Origin: Candidatus Woesearchaeota archaeon
GTDB taxonomy: Archaea; Nanobdellota; Nanobdellia; UBA10117
Assembly (NCBI GenBank): GCA_964354105.1
Contig: CAYGXM010000001.1
Location: 85,392-149,391, forward strand
Reading direction: 5' to 3'
Length of the DNA: 64,000 bases
Shown here: positions 16,923 through 27,103 of the stretch, one piece after another
How positions within the stretch are numbered: position 1 is the first letter of the stretch
Layout: every line of letters starts with the position of its first letter
Position numbers and translations under genes: made by a program
The notes under the pieces: generated by a model
What the model was told of the DNA's origin: nothing
The model's database searches: none
Seen by the model: the letters and a program-made list of their open reading frames with translations, nothing else

Positions 16923-17356
16923 GCTTCGGGCTTGGTTAATTTAGAATGAACATTATCTATGCTTGCTTTTGCATCATTTAGCATTGCTGCCCAGCCATCT
17001 ATGATTTCCCCTTCCCTGCTCTTTATTGCAGCAATCCTGTCTAATGTTCCCTTTAATTCTGCTAGCTTGTCATCAATTTCAGAAACAGTTCGCATAATGT
17101 CCCTGTATTTGTCTAGTTTTACAAAGACTGTTGCAACCGGCCTTTCAATAGCAGGTGTTGACTGCCAGGATGTTTCAGGGATTGCAGGTCCTGCAGGCCT
17201 CATTCTTCTAGCAGGCATTTCTTCCGGCTCTGGCATTGGAGGAAGCTCCTCTTCTCCAGGCAAAGGGGGCAGTGGAGGTAGTTCCTCACCTTCAGCTTCA
17301 GGCAAAGGGGGTAATTCGCCATAGTCTTCAGCTTGTTTTTTCTTAAAGAACGCCAT
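16919..17356 (-). CDS. Pro/Glu-rich N-terminus + C-terminal helical domain protein (MAFFKKK family)
   Basis: Sequence begins MAFFKKKQAEDYGELPPLPEAEGEELPPLPPLPGEEELPPMPEPEE, followed by a helical tail. The architecture resembles 42086..42730. Confidence 0.5.
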   Translation of the reverse strand: MAFFKKKQAEDYGELPPLPEAEGEELPPLPPLPGEEELPPMPEPEEMPARRMRPAGPAIPETSWQSTPAIERPVATVFVKLDKYRDIMRTVSEIDDKLAELKGTLDRIAAIKSREGEIIDGWAAMLNDAKASIDNVHSKLTKPEA

Positions 17357-17372
17357 AAGTTTACAAAAGAAT

Positions 17373-17390
17373 ACGACCTTTTATATATAA
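17373..17390 (+). promoter_or_regulatory. BRE/TATA-like promoter of the LTD protein gene
   Basis: ACGACCTTTTATATATAA, 32 nt upstream of the ATG. Confidence 0.45.
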
Positions 17391-17410
17391 TTCACTAATG
17401 TGTAGTAGAT

Positions 17411-18481
17411 ATGCGCTGGCTACTTTTATTGTTGGTGCTATGCTGTATTTCAGGTGCTTCAGCTATTCAGATTTCAGAAGTTATGTATGACCCTGTAAAT
17501 GAAAGCGAAGAATGGCTTGAATTGTATAATGATGGAGCCACAAGTGTAAATCTTAGTGGCTGGACAGTCTTAGACCCTACAAAACATACTCTAAGTTTAG
17601 TTAATGGCGATTGGATTTTAGCCCCTGGCGCTTATTCGATTATTGCAGAAAGTGCAGCAACTTTTGCAGCTAACTATTCTTACACTGGAATGCTGTTAGA
17701 AGCAAGCTCTTTAGGCTTAAACAATGATGGGGACTGGATAGCGCTGAATGATTCATCTGGAAATATCGTTGAAAATGCTACTTATTCAGATATTGCAGAT
17801 GAAGGGAATACCATACAGTTAGTAGATGGAGTTTTCTGCGAGGGGATTCCAACACCAGGTTCAACAAATGATTGTGCAGATGATGAAGAGCCTCTGCCTG
17901 AGGAAGAGCAGTACGACTTGAAATTAGAAGTTAAAATACAAAATGCCACTCAAGGCACAGATGCAAAAAATCTTTTCAAGCTTACAAATCTCGACTATAA
18001 AACGAATCAGCCATACATGAATGTTACTGTTGAATTTACTGTTAAATTAAACAGTAATTTGGAATTTGAAGATTCATTTACAGTTGAGTTCAAGCAAAGC
18101 AAATCCATAGGCACAGGTGAATGGACGCCAGAAAGTTTTGGCACGTATGAACTTTGCGGGGAAATCACTGATGCTCCATTTAAAGATCCTGGTGAAAGCA
18201 ATAACGACGCCTGCGAAGATATAATTGTTTATGAAAATGAAACAATACTTGAAGAAGTTCAGGAAAATAATAATATCACTGCTGACGAAAACCGAACTTT
18301 AGGGATATCTCTTAGAAACAGCACAGCAAACGCATCCGCAAAGGGTGATTATGTCACAGGAGCGTACACTTGGCGTTCAGGCAGCACTTCGATAGGAGTT
18401 GCTTTCTGGCTTTTTACTGCGGTTCTGCTGATATTTGTAGTCTTGCTGCTTCTGATGCTGTTGCGAAAGCAGAATCCTTAA
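17411..18481 (+). CDS. secreted, C-terminally membrane-anchored lamin-tail-domain (LTD) protein
   Basis: Signal peptide MRWLLLLLVLCCISGASA; LTD signature IQISEVMYDPVNESEEWLELYNDGATSVNLSGWTV; C-terminal TM segment plus RKQNP; many N-x-S/T sequons. Confidence 0.75.
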   Translation: MRWLLLLLVLCCISGASAIQISEVMYDPVNESEEWLELYNDGATSVNLSGWTVLDPTKHTLSLVNGDWILAPGAYSIIAESAATFAANYSYTGMLLEASSLGLNNDGDWIALNDSSGNIVENATYSDIADEGNTIQLVDGVFCEGIPTPGSTNDCADDEEPLPEEEQYDLKLEVKIQNATQGTDAKNLFKLTNLDYKTNQPYMNVTVEFTVKLNSNLEFEDSFTVEFKQSKSIGTGEWTPESFGTYELCGEITDAPFKDPGESNNDACEDIIVYENETILEEVQENNNITADENRTLGISLRNSTANASAKGDYVTGAYTWRSGSTSIGVAFWLFTAVLLIFVVLLLLMLLRKQNP

Positions 18482-18505
18482 AAGACATAGTTCTCAGTAA
18501 AAATT

Positions 18506-18955
18506 ATGGCTGAACAGCAGAAATGGCTGAAGACAAGAATGATTGTTGAAATAGCCGGCTTTCCAAAGGAACATATCGAAAATACCATTGTTTTATTGGG
18601 GCAGAAATTTGCTGAAGGCCTGCAGACTGTAAAAGTCACAAAAAGAATGGTGCGGGAGCCGCAGCAGATAAAAAATTCTAAAATCTGGAGCGGATTCGTA
18701 GAATTCTACTGCGATGTCCAGAATCTCGCAACATTAATCGGATTGATTTTTGATTATATGCCTTCATCTATTGAAATCATAGACCCTGAAACAATAACAG
18801 AAGACACACCTTACCTGAATGGAATTTTAAATGATTTGGCTGCAAAACTGCACAACTATGATGCAACTGTAAAAACATTAAGGGCCGAAACGAGAATTTT
18901 GGGAAAAGAATTGAAAAAGAAAGAAACTAAGCCTGCAGATAAACCTGCCACGTGA
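18506..18955 (+). CDS. hypothetical protein
   Basis: 149-aa ORF with no recognisable motif. Confidence 0.45.
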   Translation: MAEQQKWLKTRMIVEIAGFPKEHIENTIVLLGQKFAEGLQTVKVTKRMVREPQQIKNSKIWSGFVEFYCDVQNLATLIGLIFDYMPSSIEIIDPETITEDTPYLNGILNDLAAKLHNYDATVKTLRAETRILGKELKKKETKPADKPAT

Positions 18956-19028
18956 GAATTAATACCTTGCGAAATGGAATCTCTCAATCTGCAAAAAGTT
19001 TTTCTCAACTAGCTAACTTGGGCTCGCT

Positions 19029-19097
19029 AATGCAAACAAAATCTTGAGAATTTTGTTGCACAGCGAAATATGAATTTCGCTTGTGTTAAGAGCTAAC
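19029..19097. repeat. intergenic double-hairpin repeat family 2, copy a
   Basis: AATGCAAACAAAATCTTGAGAATTTTGTTGCACAGCGAAATATGAATTTCGCTTGTGTTAAGAGCTAAC is about 90% identical to 43363..43432. Confidence 0.75.
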
Positions 19098-19132
19098 ATC
19101 AGAGTTAGTTGTGCTAGTTATGATAAAATAAA

Positions 19133-19435
19133 TTAAGTAACTAGCACAAGCTTTACTTTTTCTTTCAGTTCAGGGCTGGCCCAACTGCAAAATTCCTTCA
19201 TGCTTACATTTCCAAGCTCGTTGCATCTTACATTTACAATGCCTGCAGATGTGTCTGAAGTGCAGTAATCTGGCTTGACTACTTCAACCTGGCTGAAGCC
19301 TTTTGCATAACCATAGCCGTTTCCTACGAAAAAGCCAAGGATTACAGCAAGCCCGACTCCCAGCAAGGCTATTCCTAGCAGCTGCCCTAACTGTATTTCA
19401 TATTTTACTTCAACTGTTTTTTTCGTTTCATCCAT
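19133..19435 (-). CDS. small single-TM protein
   Basis: Sequence MDETKKTVEVKYEIQLGQLLGIALLGVGLAVILGFFVG; three Cys in the ectodomain. The internal ATG at 19435 is preferred as the start. Confidence 0.45.
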   Translation of the reverse strand: MDETKKTVEVKYEIQLGQLLGIALLGVGLAVILGFFVGNGYGYAKGFSQVEVVKPDYCTSDTSAGIVNVRCNELGNVSMKEFCSWASPELKEKVKLVLVT

Positions 19436-20069
19436 TTTTTTTGTCCTCAGGTTCTTTTTTCTGAGCATTAGTTTCTTTAGGTTTGTTGCCTTTGCCCCAC
19501 TTTATTACAACTTTTGATTCCAGGAATTTCATTAAATTAAACCTGTCAACAGAATATGTCGTTTCCTTGCCTTCGCCCTCTCTTGTTACCAGGCCTTGTT
19601 CTTCCAGTTCCTTGATTTGCTTTGATGTAAAACTTTTATCAGTATCCAGAACTTGTGCTAATTCTTTGTTCTTGTTCTTGCCAAGCATGATTGCAGTAAT
19701 TATTCTCATGCTTTTCAGCATGTTTTGGGCTTCTCTCTTCCCAAGGTCCTTCTCCAGTTCGTGCAATGGCTTGTCCAAAAGCTCCTGCGCAGTTAATTGC
19801 GCAGCGGACCTTCTTTCCATCTCGTCTTCTGTGGCAATCGAAGGAGATTGCTCGGCAACAACCGCATAACCTTCTATTTTTGATTCAGAAATTGATTCAG
19901 GGGTAATTTGTATGGAAGAAGACGTGCCCTTTACCTTTGCAGGTGTGTTTTTTCTGAGCTTAGGCTTGACCTTAAGTTTAGCCCTAACTTTAGTTCTGGT
20001 CTTTGCGATGGTTATAGGGCCAGTTTGAGGTTCAATTAGTGTTGGTTTTTCTAGCTTGTCTTTATTCAT
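19428..20069 (-). CDS. winged-helix (MarR/ArsR-like) DNA-binding protein with basic N-terminus
   Basis: C-terminal sequence ELAQVLDTDKSFTSKQIKELEEQGLVTREGEGKETTYSV. Confidence 0.55.
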   Translation of the reverse strand: MNKDKLEKPTLIEPQTGPITIAKTRTKVRAKLKVKPKLRKNTPAKVKGTSSSIQITPESISESKIEGYAVVAEQSPSIATEDEMERRSAAQLTAQELLDKPLHELEKDLGKREAQNMLKSMRIITAIMLGKNKNKELAQVLDTDKSFTSKQIKELEEQGLVTREGEGKETTYSVDRFNLMKFLESKVVIKWGKGNKPKETNAQKKEPEDKKNG

Positions 20070-20242
20070 CTTGCTATATTTTGTAAAGTAGTTACATTTT
20101 TAACATATTGTATTGTTTTTAGAATAAATACCATATTGCAAATTGTCTAATTGTAATATAATTGGTATGAAATAAAATCTAACCATAATCCTTTTAAAGA
20201 ATTTTCAATTGCCTTTATGTTAAGGAGGCAAAAACAAAAAAT

Positions 20243-22480
20243 TTGCTAAAATATAAAATGGAAATACGAACTAGAAATGTAATAAAGAAAATAGCCGCAA
20301 TTGGAAGCGGTGCTTTGATGGCAGCAACGTGCTTTGGCGTAGCAGGCTTAGCAACAGACCTAAGCGATTATCCAGCACCATTTGTCGCAGACGGCAAGTG
20401 GGTAGGATTAATTGCAGTTGGCTCTGATGCAGCAGCAGGCGACATCATAGGCGCGACAGACATCGCAGCAACACTAGCCCAAGTAGCAGGCGGTACAGCA
20501 GGAACGACGACAGTAACAGGTGGAAAAGAGAAGGAAGTTGACTTAGGAACATACTTGAACGCAACTGCAAACTTCGGAACAACTGCATTAGACGATGATG
20601 ACTTAGCAGGACTCCAAGACACAGCAATAACTATTGACATTGCAGAAGGCGATGACGACTTCGACGTATCGGACCAATTGAAGATAAGCGGAATCGGCAC
20701 AGATGCTGCATCTATACAAACTGGATTGACATTTGCAGCAAACCAAGATGAAGACTTTAAGGAAGACGCCTTCATGGCAATTCCAAAGGGCTCCATCGGA
20801 TATTACTATGTGTTTGATGACGCACCAACTGCAACAGTTAACTTGAGTGGCGCAGATGACAGTTATCCAATAGAATTAGACTTCTTAGGAAAGAAGTTAA
20901 TTATAACTGGTACAACTGCAACAAGTGTAACTGCACAAGTTGGCGAAGAATTCTTCATGAACACAGACGACACCGTAACTGTACTGGGACACACTGTAAA
21001 GTTGATTAATGTAGGCAGTGCTGGCGCAGTCGTTGTAAGTGTTGACGGAACACAAGAAACTGTATCTGGTGTTGAAAAGGTTGGCACAATGAGAATAAAA
21101 GTCAAAGAGACTTTCTATTCTGACACAAAAGCCGAAAGGTCTGCAACATTGGTCATTGGCGAAGACGCAACAAAGACATATGACAATGACGATCCATACA
21201 TAGGTGAAGATGAAGACGATCCTAATTGGGTATGGGACTTAGCAGGCGTAAACGGCTTGACACCTACAATTGGTATAACTTGGGACCAGGTATATGATGA
21301 CCCTGAAGAAGTTATTGCAATAGGTGGAAGCTTTGCATTACCAAACAACTATGTAACCATAAAGCCAACAGCATACACTGTAAATGACTACCAGACATAC
21401 ACAATCGGCACGGAAAGTGGCATAACATTAAGCTACAACAACGGCACTGGTGGAGACTTTAAGACATCTGCAAAGGCAGTACACATAGAAGCAAGTGGTG
21501 GCAGTGACGATGGCCTAAAGGTAAGCACATATGAGACCGATGACATATACTTGTACCTTGACACCGTTACAAACGACACAATAGTGTTCTACAAAGATAC
21601 AGATGACAATAAAATAAAGGATGCACTAACATACTTTAACACAACAGGTGACGACAAATTCACCTTAGAATACCAAGATTCATCGATAGGTGTTGATGGT
21701 GTAATAAATGCATCAGGACAGTTGACCCTTACCATTGATGAACAAAACAATGATGGCACAACAAACAACTTGAATTTGTTCTTACAACCAGTGGGTTGGG
21801 CTGCTGCAGACCTATACTATGGATACATAGGACACAGCGACGGCGACACAGTAACAGCAAGTGATTTGACGTATGGAACAAAAGACATCTCAGGCTGGGA
21901 AGAAAACACAAGGACGCAAAAGGGTCTAATTGTGCACAGCTACGATGCAAGCGCATCAAGCGATGAGTTTGTCTTTGAAGTACCATCAGACACAGCAGAC
22001 ATGGCTGTAAATGTGTTGATAAGCTCAAGTGGAACAAAGACAACTGTAACAGGCGGAGCAGGAACAATGAGTGGTGTACCTGTTGCGAAGTTAGACACAG
22101 AAATAACTGACGCAAAGGCACAGAACTTAATCCTGGTCGGCGGAACAGCTGTCAACAAGTTGACCGCAGAAGCATTAGGTTTGACATACCCAACGTATGG
22201 AACTGACGCATCAGTTGCCACAGGAATCGGCGCAGGCGAAGCAACTTTGAAGCTAGTCGAAAATGCATTCGGCGGCACAAACACTGCTTTGATTGTAGCT
22301 GGTTGGGAAGCGGCAGACACAAGAGCAGCAGCCAACGTGTTGAAAGACTACAGCGCATACAGTGCAACATTGACTGGCAAGCAAGTTATTGTTAAGTCCA
22401 CAGCGGGCACGATAACATTGTCAGCACCAACTGTAGCAGCACCAGCACCAGTACTACCTGAGACAAACGAGACTGTGTAA
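20243..22480 (+). CDS. putative S-layer / major surface glycoprotein
   Basis: 745 aa. Signal-like N-terminus IAAIGSGALMAATCFGVAGLA; Thr/Asp/Gly/Ala-rich with almost no Cys; many sequons. The C-terminal NLILVGGTAVNKLTAEALGL resembles euryarchaeal S-layer C-termini (from memory). AAGGAGG lies upstream and a hairpin plus T-run downstream. An alternative ATG start is at 20258. Confidence 0.6.
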   Translation: MLKYKMEIRTRNVIKKIAAIGSGALMAATCFGVAGLATDLSDYPAPFVADGKWVGLIAVGSDAAAGDIIGATDIAATLAQVAGGTAGTTTVTGGKEKEVDLGTYLNATANFGTTALDDDDLAGLQDTAITIDIAEGDDDFDVSDQLKISGIGTDAASIQTGLTFAANQDEDFKEDAFMAIPKGSIGYYYVFDDAPTATVNLSGADDSYPIELDFLGKKLIITGTTATSVTAQVGEEFFMNTDDTVTVLGHTVKLINVGSAGAVVVSVDGTQETVSGVEKVGTMRIKVKETFYSDTKAERSATLVIGEDATKTYDNDDPYIGEDEDDPNWVWDLAGVNGLTPTIGITWDQVYDDPEEVIAIGGSFALPNNYVTIKPTAYTVNDYQTYTIGTESGITLSYNNGTGGDFKTSAKAVHIEASGGSDDGLKVSTYETDDIYLYLDTVTNDTIVFYKDTDDNKIKDALTYFNTTGDDKFTLEYQDSSIGVDGVINASGQLTLTIDEQNNDGTTNNLNLFLQPVGWAAADLYYGYIGHSDGDTVTASDLTYGTKDISGWEENTRTQKGLIVHSYDASASSDEFVFEVPSDTADMAVNVLISSSGTKTTVTGGAGTMSGVPVAKLDTEITDAKAQNLILVGGTAVNKLTAEALGLTYPTYGTDASVATGIGAGEATLKLVENAFGGTNTALIVAGWEAADTRAAANVLKDYSAYSATLTGKQVIVKSTAGTITLSAPTVAAPAPVLPETNETV

Positions 22481-22493
22481 GTGACGACAAACA

Positions 22494-22530
22494 CCTCAGC
22501 TTAAGCTGAGGTTTTTTCTTTTTTTTATTT
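22494..22530 (+). terminator. hairpin + oligo-T terminator after the S-layer gene
   Basis: CCTCAGCTTAAGCTGAGG is followed by TTTTTTCTTTTTTTTATTTT. Confidence 0.6.
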
Positions 22531-22666
22531 TATATTTTTTGAAGCTCTTAATGGAAGTATCAAGCGCCGAACCTAAGCTTTGTGGCTAGCTAGCAATTAG
22601 GGATATCAGGCCATCGCCTTTGGCGATGGCCATAACGTTTAAAACATTATTCCTCAAACTGGAAAC

Positions 22667-23350
22667 ATGGTAGATATAAGTCCTGAAGCAGCAGAAGCTA
22701 TTGCAGCAGCTGCTCCTGTACCGCAAAAGTCCAAGAAAAAGATGTCTATTTGGGCGAAGGTATTTGCTGTTGTTGTTATAATATCAATGACTGGCTGGGT
22801 TTTTGCAGCTTATATTGAAAACCCTGATAATGAAGACAAGAAAAAGAACCCTAATCTCATAGAAATATCAGGCTATTCGTTCTATGATTTGCAGGATGGG
22901 ACTTATGGGACTTTCATAAATGCCGGCGGCAAGGACGAAATTCCAATCGCATTTAGGATGGATCCCAGAAATGCCAGCAACATTTCCATAGATAATACTT
23001 CAGTGACGCAACTGCTATCAGCGAAAAAAGTTTATGTTGTAGTCAGCCCGAACAATACAGAGCTTGCAAAAATAGCTGTTGCAGCTGCAGAGATATCAAG
23101 AATCCTGCCATTATATAATATTACCACTGTCGGTGCCTATACGGAAGACAGCAATCCGCCAAATCCAAATATTCCTATAAGAACTTGCAATGACACTTCC
23201 GCTACAACAGGGATAGTTTATCTTAGCATAGGAAATAAAACAGGAATAGAAACTATTGACGGTTGTGTTCATGTTACAGGCATAAATGCTGATGAACTAA
23301 TACTGGCAGCTGATAAACTAGGGTATAATTTAGTAGGCATATTGATATAA
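22667..23350 (+). CDS. N-terminally anchored extracellular protein, unknown function
   Basis: 227 aa with a single TM segment IWAKVFAVVVIISMTGWVFAAYI. Confidence 0.5.
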   Translation: MVDISPEAAEAIAAAAPVPQKSKKKMSIWAKVFAVVVIISMTGWVFAAYIENPDNEDKKKNPNLIEISGYSFYDLQDGTYGTFINAGGKDEIPIAFRMDPRNASNISIDNTSVTQLLSAKKVYVVVSPNNTELAKIAVAAAEISRILPLYNITTVGAYTEDSNPPNPNIPIRTCNDTSATTGIVYLSIGNKTGIETIDGCVHVTGINADELILAADKLGYNLVGILI

Positions 23351-23444
23351 TGGCAAAGCAAATAGAGCGGAACAAAGTTCCGCTAATGTTGTTACACAAC
23401 ACGTATCTGATTATGCATTTGCTGTGCCAGGAACAGATTGTACA

Positions 23445-24749
23445 ATGGAAATCTTGAACTGGCTAGCTCTTTTCGGAATTTATATTTCATTGTTTGCAAG
23501 CACTTTTTTCCTCTACACTTTTTTTGAAAACAGAAAATCAATGAATGGAAAAGAGCCGAAGGAATGGCCTTCCGTAACAATAGCCGTGCCGACATACAAC
23601 GATGCAGATACAATAAAGCAAACGGTTGAATCGTTATTGGCTTTGGATTACCCTAAAGACAGACTGCAGCTGATGATTGTTGAAAATAATCATTCAACAG
23701 ACGGAACTTATGAGATAGCAAAACAATTTGAATCTCGTGATGTAGAAGTTTATTCTATTCCGCAGGGAGGAAAAGGGCCGGCGCTTAATTTTGCCCTAAA
23801 ATTTGCAAAAGGGGAATTTTTCGGCGGATTGGATTCAGATTCAATTGTGGAGCCCGATGCCTTGAAGAAATTGATAATGCATTTTACTTCAAAAGATGTA
23901 ATGGCTGTAACGCCTGCATTAAAGGTGCATAATCCGAAATCTGTCCTTGGCAGGATACAGCAGATAGAATATATGATGGGAGTTTTTCTCAGAAAAGTTT
24001 TTGCCAACCTGAACAGCATACACGTAACGCCAGGCCCGCTGACTGTTTATAGAAAATGCTTTTTTGATGAATATGGCGGCTATGACGAGCACAACATTAC
24101 AGAAGATATGGAACTCGCAATGCGTATACAAGCGAAAAGATTCAGAATCAAAAACGCAATTGAGGCAAATGTCTATGCGGCAAATCCAGAAACATGGGGA
24201 ACTTTGGCAAAACAGAGAATCAGATGGTACATTGGTTTCATTGAAAATATGATAAAATACAAGGAACTTTTGCACTATAGATATGGTGTTTTGGCGGTCT
24301 ACATCCTGCCGATGGCGTTTATCTCGGTTTTACTGGCGATGATGTTCTCAACATATACTTTTTACAGGGCAGGCGTGCATATAATTACATACCCATTTTT
24401 CCTACAGTCAATAAATTATAACCTGCCTGCTGCAGTTCACAGCTGGTTTGTGCAGTTCATGAGCAGAGCTCCGGATGTAAAAACAATCCTGGCTATACCC
24501 TTGATTGTATTCAGCATGATTATGCTGTATGCTGCAAAAACATACTCTAAAGAGACGAAAGAGAGCGGCCTGAAGCTTGGAATCCTTTTTATTCCTTACG
24601 GAATAGCATACATATACATCTTTTCGATTTGGTGGATGATGGCAATAGGATACAAGATATTCGCGAGAAAACCGCTCAGGTTTGGCGGTACAGTGTGGGA
24701 CAACAGCATTCTTAACAGCATAAGAAGGAGGCAACATGCACAGTGTTAG
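23445..24749 (+). CDS. family 2 glycosyltransferase, processive type (QxxRW)
   Basis: Motifs VTIAVPTYNDADTI, DSDS, TEDMELAMR and QRIRWY, plus C-terminal TM helices. This matches synthase-like GT2 enzymes (NodC/IcaA/chitin or cellulose synthase class). Confidence 0.8.
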   Translation: MEILNWLALFGIYISLFASTFFLYTFFENRKSMNGKEPKEWPSVTIAVPTYNDADTIKQTVESLLALDYPKDRLQLMIVENNHSTDGTYEIAKQFESRDVEVYSIPQGGKGPALNFALKFAKGEFFGGLDSDSIVEPDALKKLIMHFTSKDVMAVTPALKVHNPKSVLGRIQQIEYMMGVFLRKVFANLNSIHVTPGPLTVYRKCFFDEYGGYDEHNITEDMELAMRIQAKRFRIKNAIEANVYAANPETWGTLAKQRIRWYIGFIENMIKYKELLHYRYGVLAVYILPMAFISVLLAMMFSTYTFYRAGVHIITYPFFLQSINYNLPAAVHSWFVQFMSRAPDVKTILAIPLIVFSMIMLYAAKTYSKETKESGLKLGILFIPYGIAYIYIFSIWWMMAIGYKIFARKPLRFGGTVWDNSILNSIRRRQHAQC

Positions 24750-25434
24750 TCCTCTAAAATTGCTCGGAATTTTTGCAATCACTACCTTAATATTCTTATC
24801 AGGCTTTATGCTCTCAAAATCCCTGACAGGGTCTAAATTAGGAGATTTGGAGCAGGCAGTCAACGATATCACGCTGCAAACTGCAAGCATCGAAACCGAA
24901 TATAACTTATTGCTGGAAAATCCATGCAGCTTTGGCGGCTTCAACAGGCTTACAGCAAGTTTAGACGAGCTTGCAGGAAAACTTTTGTTCAATAATGCGC
25001 GGGAACAACAGACACAAACCCGACTTAATTCAATTAAGCAAAATTATTTTCTTTTAGAGACACGGCATTGGTTATTTGTGCAAAAATTAAACAAAGAATG
25101 TGGAACAAACTATACTCCAATGCTTTATTTCTATTCAGATCAAGGCGATTGCGATAATTGCGAAGCGCAGGGTATTGTCTTGTCTGAAATAAAGAAAACA
25201 CATCCAGATGCCATGATTTATTCTTTTGATACAAATGCGGATTATTCTCTTGTAAGCACAATAAAGGCAATATACAACATAACAACTGCGCCATCTGTCG
25301 TAATTAATAATACATTATATGATAAATTTCTTACGCAGGAAGATATAGAAAAAATACTTGGAAAGCTGAACACAAATGCAACAACCCAAAATCAGCCTGA
25401 AGCCTGTAATTCTTCCAACAGTACAGTCGCATAG
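24736..25434 (+). CDS. membrane-anchored thioredoxin-fold-like protein with CxxC (CDNC)
   Basis: N-terminal TM segment, then PMLYFYSDQGDCDNCEAQGIVLSEIKK...APSVVINN. This fits a Trx beta-alpha-beta pattern. Overlaps the GT2 gene by 14 nt. Confidence 0.45.
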   Translation: MHSVSPLKLLGIFAITTLIFLSGFMLSKSLTGSKLGDLEQAVNDITLQTASIETEYNLLLENPCSFGGFNRLTASLDELAGKLLFNNAREQQTQTRLNSIKQNYFLLETRHWLFVQKLNKECGTNYTPMLYFYSDQGDCDNCEAQGIVLSEIKKTHPDAMIYSFDTNADYSLVSTIKAIYNITTAPSVVINNTLYDKFLTQEDIEKILGKLNTNATTQNQPEACNSSNSTVA

Positions 25435-26474
25435 CATCCTTTTGGCAAGTTAAAGGATAACTTCAATTTCTGTTTATTCTTGTTGAAATCATCATTTTCT
25501 GGAGAACCAAATTTTAGCTTCTTGGGCTTTATAACAGCCATACGAGATTCCCCTTTTACAGCAATCTCTGGCATCCTTTTACAGTGGAAGCTCTCAAGAG
25601 TCAAATTGTCTTTTTCCAGAAGTCTTTTGATTGTCTGAGAGAAGCTATCTTTACTTAGTTTTGTCGCGAAGCCTGGAACTGGGAGATTCCCCTTAACAGT
25701 TTTAAGCGATTTTAATGCAGAGTTCCAAAGCCAGCTCTGATATGCATGTACATACAATTTCCTTATGTGTTTTGGCAGGATGCGCAAGGCTCCTGCAAAA
25801 TCATTGGGATTTTTAACAAGCCATTTGATTACATCTATTTCCAAATGCAGATGTTGGGGGAATCTTTCAAGGATGGAAGACCATTCCTTCCAATGCTGGG
25901 CAGCAAATTTCTTTGCTACTTTAACATCTTCTCGCTCCTTCTCGCCAGCAAAGCAAACTATTTCCCTAACAGCTTCATGCAATTGCCCTGTTAAGATATA
26001 TTTTCCAATTATGTGTGTGTTTCCCTTGCCGAATCTTTGCTCGCCGAAATAATTCCTGAAGCCTGATTTCTTTATTCTGGCGAAATTTTTCTTCAACTTT
26101 GATATCTCTTTGGTTGAGAGATCGCGAACTATAATCTCAAAGCGATTCCCTTTCAATGTCCCCAGTGAGATAGGCGCATCGCCAATGCCTATGATGTCTA
26201 TGGAAATATCCTTTAGTTTTATTTTTCGCAAGACTTCTGCAGGGATCTTGAAAGCTGAAACCAATTGTTTTGTAATTGCAATCTTGTCCTTGCTTCCAGC
26301 AAACTTGAATCTTCTTTGGGATGTATTGCAAGCTCTTGAAATTGCCCTTATTGCAGCTTCGGTTGTCCAGTTCTTTTTAGTCAGCCAGAAGTATGTTTGA
26401 TTTCCTTTTTCTTCCAACGGAATATTGATTAGTTCTTCCACTATAAAATCTTCAGGTATTTGCTTGATGCGCAT
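25392..26474 (-). CDS. truD: tRNA pseudouridine synthase TruD/Pus7 family
   Basis: Motifs IKQIPEDFIVEE, LKGNRFEIIVR and FRNYFGEQRFG. Confidence 0.85.
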   Translation of the reverse strand: MRIKQIPEDFIVEELINIPLEEKGNQTYFWLTKKNWTTEAAIRAISRACNTSQRRFKFAGSKDKIAITKQLVSAFKIPAEVLRKIKLKDISIDIIGIGDAPISLGTLKGNRFEIIVRDLSTKEISKLKKNFARIKKSGFRNYFGEQRFGKGNTHIIGKYILTGQLHEAVREIVCFAGEKEREDVKVAKKFAAQHWKEWSSILERFPQHLHLEIDVIKWLVKNPNDFAGALRILPKHIRKLYVHAYQSWLWNSALKSLKTVKGNLPVPGFATKLSKDSFSQTIKRLLEKDNLTLESFHCKRMPEIAVKGESRMAVIKPKKLKFGSPENDDFNKNKQKLKLSFNLPKGCYATVLLEELQASG

Positions 26475-27063
26475 TTCGTGCTTTCCAAATCCAATATCCA
26501 ATAATTATAAATATTCCAATAATTACAATCAGCTGGAATTTGTCGAAGGTTGCTATTATTGCCTGCCACCGCTCCCCTAAAATATAGCCAAAGTAAATAA
26601 AAATAATTGTCCAGGGAATTATTCCAAGTATGCTATAGAACAAAAATTTCCTGAAATTCATCTTTGCTATGCCTGCTGGAAATGATATCACAGTTCTTAC
26701 AACTGGCAAGAGCCTTCCGAAGAAAATTGTTGCAGAGCCATATTTCTTAAACCAGTTGTCCACACGGGCAAACTTCTTTTCGCTTAGGTGCAGGTATTCG
26801 CCGTACTTTAGTATGGCTGGCCTGCCGCCATAGTGGCCAATTGAGTATGAAATTATAGAACCGAAAAGTTGCCCTAAAATCGCAATTACTATTGCTGAAA
26901 AGAAAGTCATTTGCCCAGAGTAGACCAAAAAGCCTGCAAATGGAAGTACTATTTCTGAAGGTATTGGCAACAGTGCAGATTCGCCAGTCATTAGAAAAAA
27001 TAAGCCTAAGTAACCGGATTTTGAAATCAAGTCCGTAACGAATGAAGCCAATCCAAATACCAT
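26452..27063 (-). CDS. DedA/SNARE-associated family membrane protein
   Basis: Motifs GESALLPIPSEIVLPFAGFLV and GRLLPVVRTVISFPAG. The start is trimmed to MVFGLASF so that it does not overlap the Zn-ribbon gene. Confidence 0.75.
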   Translation of the reverse strand: MVFGLASFVTDLISKSGYLGLFFLMTGESALLPIPSEIVLPFAGFLVYSGQMTFFSAIVIAILGQLFGSIISYSIGHYGGRPAILKYGEYLHLSEKKFARVDNWFKKYGSATIFFGRLLPVVRTVISFPAGIAKMNFRKFLFYSILGIIPWTIIFIYFGYILGERWQAIIATFDKFQLIVIIGIFIIIGYWIWKARNAHQANT

Positions 27064-27103
27064 AACGCAACATTTAAAAGAGCTAATTTTAAGCCTTTCC
27101 AGT

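Noticed and set aside
20368-22370. Several minus-strand ORFs (60-142 aa) within the S-layer candidate gene
   Set aside because: They are antisense to a long, compositionally biased gene and have no start or promoter context. They are treated as artefacts.
22609-22631. Perfect 10-bp hairpin GGCCATCGCC-TTT-GGCGATGGCC between the S-layer gene and 22667
   Set aside because: It is a real inverted repeat. It has no following T-run, no second copy in the window and no obvious role, so it is noted only.
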